DNA from: Histomonas meleagridis 2922-C6/04-290x
Lineage: Eukaryota; Protista; Parabasalia
DNA length: 64,000 bases
Reading direction: 5' to 3'
Assembly: GCA_020184695.1 (NCBI GenBank)
Contig: JAANOX010000253.1
Coordinates: forward strand, 62,001-126,000
Every line of letters starts with the position of its first letter. The first letter of the stretch is position 1. The position numbers and the translations under genes are program-made. Shown piece by piece: positions 63,711-64,000 of this stretch. The notes below the pieces were generated by a model that made no database searches, was not told the origin of the DNA, and saw nothing but the letters and a program-made list of their open reading frames with translations.

Positions 63711-64000
63711 ATGAATCAGTGTACTATAAATAAAGACAATAATTATAAATATAATTCTATGGGATTGTTAACTAAACTTGAACAAATCATTTTTACTTTA
63801 ACGCAAGACAATCTTGAAACTGCAATTGAACAAACAATGGAATTATTTGATATACATTTTCCATATACATTTAATTTAATTATTAGTAATTTAATTTATT
63901 CTGCATTTTCTTCTCATATAAAAATTAACATTTCATACTTAAATTATTTAGAAAAAATCCAAATAAAAGAAGAAGGAATAAATCAAAATATCGCAAAAAT
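63711..64000 (+). CDS. 5' end of another DUF3447-ankyrin family gene (runs off the window)
   Basis: MNQCT...LLTKLEQIIFTLTQDNLETAIEQTMELFDIHFPYTFNLIISNLIYSAF...YLEKIQIKEE is homologous to the N-terminus at 36661. Confidence 0.8.
   Translation, partial: MNQCTINKDNNYKYNSMGLLTKLEQIIFTLTQDNLETAIEQTMELFDIHFPYTFNLIISNLIYSAFSSHIKINISYLNYLEKIQIKEEGINQNIAK

Overview
AT-rich, gene-dense eukaryotic DNA, most likely a parabasalid (Tritrichomonas/Histomonas-like). This is inferred from the gene families (DUF3447-type ankyrin proteins, IBD protein, BspA-like LRR proteins) and trichomonad-type promoter motifs. Most genes are ordinary and intron-less: NAF1, VPS15-like, Yak1/DYRK kinase, RNase Z, 14-3-3, MATE, CBS-PPase, RPLP1, FANCL, NOT2, GT11, kleisin, TBC. 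The standout signal is in the ankyrin-repeat genes at 1-3671 and 36661-39899, with relics at 5340 and 48100. Every ankyrin repeat is cut at the same point in its beta-hairpin by a non-coding, T-rich spacer without GT-AG ends. Spacer length is quantised at 11+20n nt (31, 51, 71); only 3 of 37 complete spacers deviate, all in an error-prone stretch. In the diverged locus all 12 coding modules are intact, and the spacers accumulate substitutions but no indels. This points to an uncharacterised mechanism that precisely skips or removes the spacers (non-canonical splicing, translational bypassing or DNA-level cassette assembly). The mechanism is inference and needs RNA or protein data. Also notable: a 4.5-kb foldback/Pack-like element with 1.06-kb inverted arms and an 8-bp target-site duplication, and an older inverted-repeat-bounded block carrying a dyskerin fragment and a fucosyltransferase.
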